This document shows positions 24,406 to 26,185 of a stretch of DNA of 26,185 bases, in pieces; the stretch's first letter is position 1; every line of letters begins with the position of its first letter. A model generated the notes under the pieces. It did no database searches, had not been told where the DNA came from, and saw only the letters and a list, made by a program, of their open reading frames with translations. The stretch is taken from assembly GCA_000165425.1 (NCBI GenBank), contig CT868044.1:124001-150185 (forward strand), given 5' to 3'. Made by a program: the position numbers and the translations under genes. This stretch comes from Paramecium tetraurelia. Lineage: Eukaryota.

Positions 24406-26185
24406 ATGAACTTTAGGGACCTGATTTCTGAGAAAAAGGATGAGAATCATGTCTTGTACTGTATCCCCTTCTCACAGGTTTCGTGTATGGGACAGGTCAC
24501 TTCCTGGTTTATTTAATTGTCCACTAGAAGTTGTTCATTCCCTTTAAGAGTGTGACAAAAGTGAATTGAATTATAAAATAATAATATTGATGCACTTTCC
24601 TTTAACCTTGGAATACCCACTGATGCTCTATTCTGAGATATCAGAAAATCAAGGACAATGGTTAGAAACAAATCAATTGGTCATACGGATCCCCAAGAGC
24701 TGGGATCTGGATGGGAATGTCAATGATTACTAAATTTTTGGAATGGGAATAGGAGCAGAAGATTACCGCGAGAGTGAGGTCAGTGATGTTCAATACATCG
24801 TGGCCGATCACGCAACCGATTTGCATTACTGTGCGAAATTCGCCTATTTTACTAAAAAACCTTTCTTGCTTTAAGTTCCTCAATTCAATGTGAAGTCGTA
24901 TGAATATATCTTCTTCAAAAAGAAGGATCCCCAAGATAACCTTCTATTGGACATCATAGGATTGTCCAAAAGAGAAAGTGAACTTGATCGCAAAATATCC
25001 TTTATCCTCTAGCGATTATTATATGAATCCAGGTACTCCGAAATCGGAATTAGGAAGCAGGTGGAAGATGCTCTGGAAACTATATTTTATAAGTCCCTCA
25101 AGAAAATGATTCAATTACTTGGAAGAAAACATCATATAGAATATGAATCCATGTATGAATTAACTAGAAAAGTAGTGCGTTGTAAAGATTTAAAATTGCA
25201 CTCCTAGGAAATAATTTCTATTGTATACAAAACCTTCATCAGTGCCAGTCTCTTCCCCTTCTATTGCGAAATCAACACTATGAATGACAGCTACATCAAA
25301 TTAAAACTGCTGAGCTTATTCACCAATTCCGAAATCTTGCCTTGGTCTCCCAAATTTCATGCATCCCTAGGTATATATCATCTCCCTATCATTCCAGCTC
25401 TCGGCAACTATCACTACAGTTTCACTCCTAACGATCTATTCAATCTCAGAACCCTCAATACTCGTACATTCTATAAAGATTACCAATACATACGACTGAG
25501 GATCTTGGATTTCTTCCCCCTCGATTCATGGATCGAAGAAGTTTCCAATTTCTTTATTCAAAACCTAGAAACTATGCTCAACTACATTCAGACTAAGATG
25601 CCCTAACAATAGAGTCAATCATCCTTCAGAAAATACTCCTATGATTCCAAATCTAATTCCAGCAGTTCCATTCTGGATCTAAAAGAACCACTAATGAGAG
25701 AAGAACAAAAAGAAACTGAATTGATTCAAGACTCCTGCAACAGTAGTCAACAAAGCTTCAATGTATTGACTAACTGTTCAGAACTCTTCAAATTGCTACT
25801 CAAAAATTCTATAAGGAAAATTGAGAATGTTCGAGAAGTCTTTGGTATTGTAATCCACACTCCCCTCATTATTTAAGTCAAAAATCGAATTGCTAATGAA
25901 TTCTATGTGAATTACGCTTCTGAAATTAACAGAAATGGAATCCTGAGTTAATTCTGTTCTATCATCACCGAAACTGAACTCAGAAGTTATTCAACTTGTG
26001 CAAATAATTGCTAAACTCCTGTGGCTGCCTTTATCTATCATTTATGTGATACTTTTAGACCTTACTAAGAAATGCTATGTGAGAAGAGTCACTTCCTGAG
26101 ATCTCTTTAGTAATGTGGATTCAATATTCGCAATATTAAACACAATTAATTTGCTTCTAAGAGTAGCTTCATTGACACAGACAAT
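24406..26185 (+). CDS. Hypothetical protein, 3' end beyond the window
   Basis: ATG 24406, a 22-nt intron at 24456-24477, then a TGA-free frame to the window end that joins ORF-track pieces 25280-25606 and 25694-25876. No domain recognised. Confidence 0.8.

Overview
AT-rich, gene-dense eukaryotic DNA that reads as ciliate macronuclear sequence, most likely Paramecium. Conserved motifs run through in-frame TAA/TAG (read as Gln, genetic code 6), genes end only at TGA, introns are mostly 20-35 nt GT..AG, and intergenic gaps are often under 100 bp. The supplied ORF track is therefore fragmented. Re-read with the ciliate code, the window holds about 15 protein genes: a hypothetical protein, a GRWD1/Rrb1 WD40 protein, a hypothetical protein, a CNBD-type K+ channel, a ZnF-UBP/sirtuin fusion, a ULK-like Ser/Thr kinase, a DUF2415-type WD40 protein, an SLC25A38-like carrier, GRP94, 3-hydroxyisobutyrate dehydrogenase, a Rab1-like GTPase, a hypothetical protein, a KDM5-like JmjC demethylase, an AFG3-like m-AAA protease and a truncated hypothetical protein. 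There are also two possible gene relics (116-780, 4560-5340). Most notable are the HDAC6-type ubiquitin-binding zinc finger fused to a class I sirtuin, insertion-only frameshifts in three conserved genes (probably sequencing artefacts), an 18-bp gap between divergent start codons, and a gap-type heat-shock element upstream of GRP94. I found no CRISPR array, mobile element, RNA gene or clearly novel multi-gene system. All calls come from manual translation without database searches.
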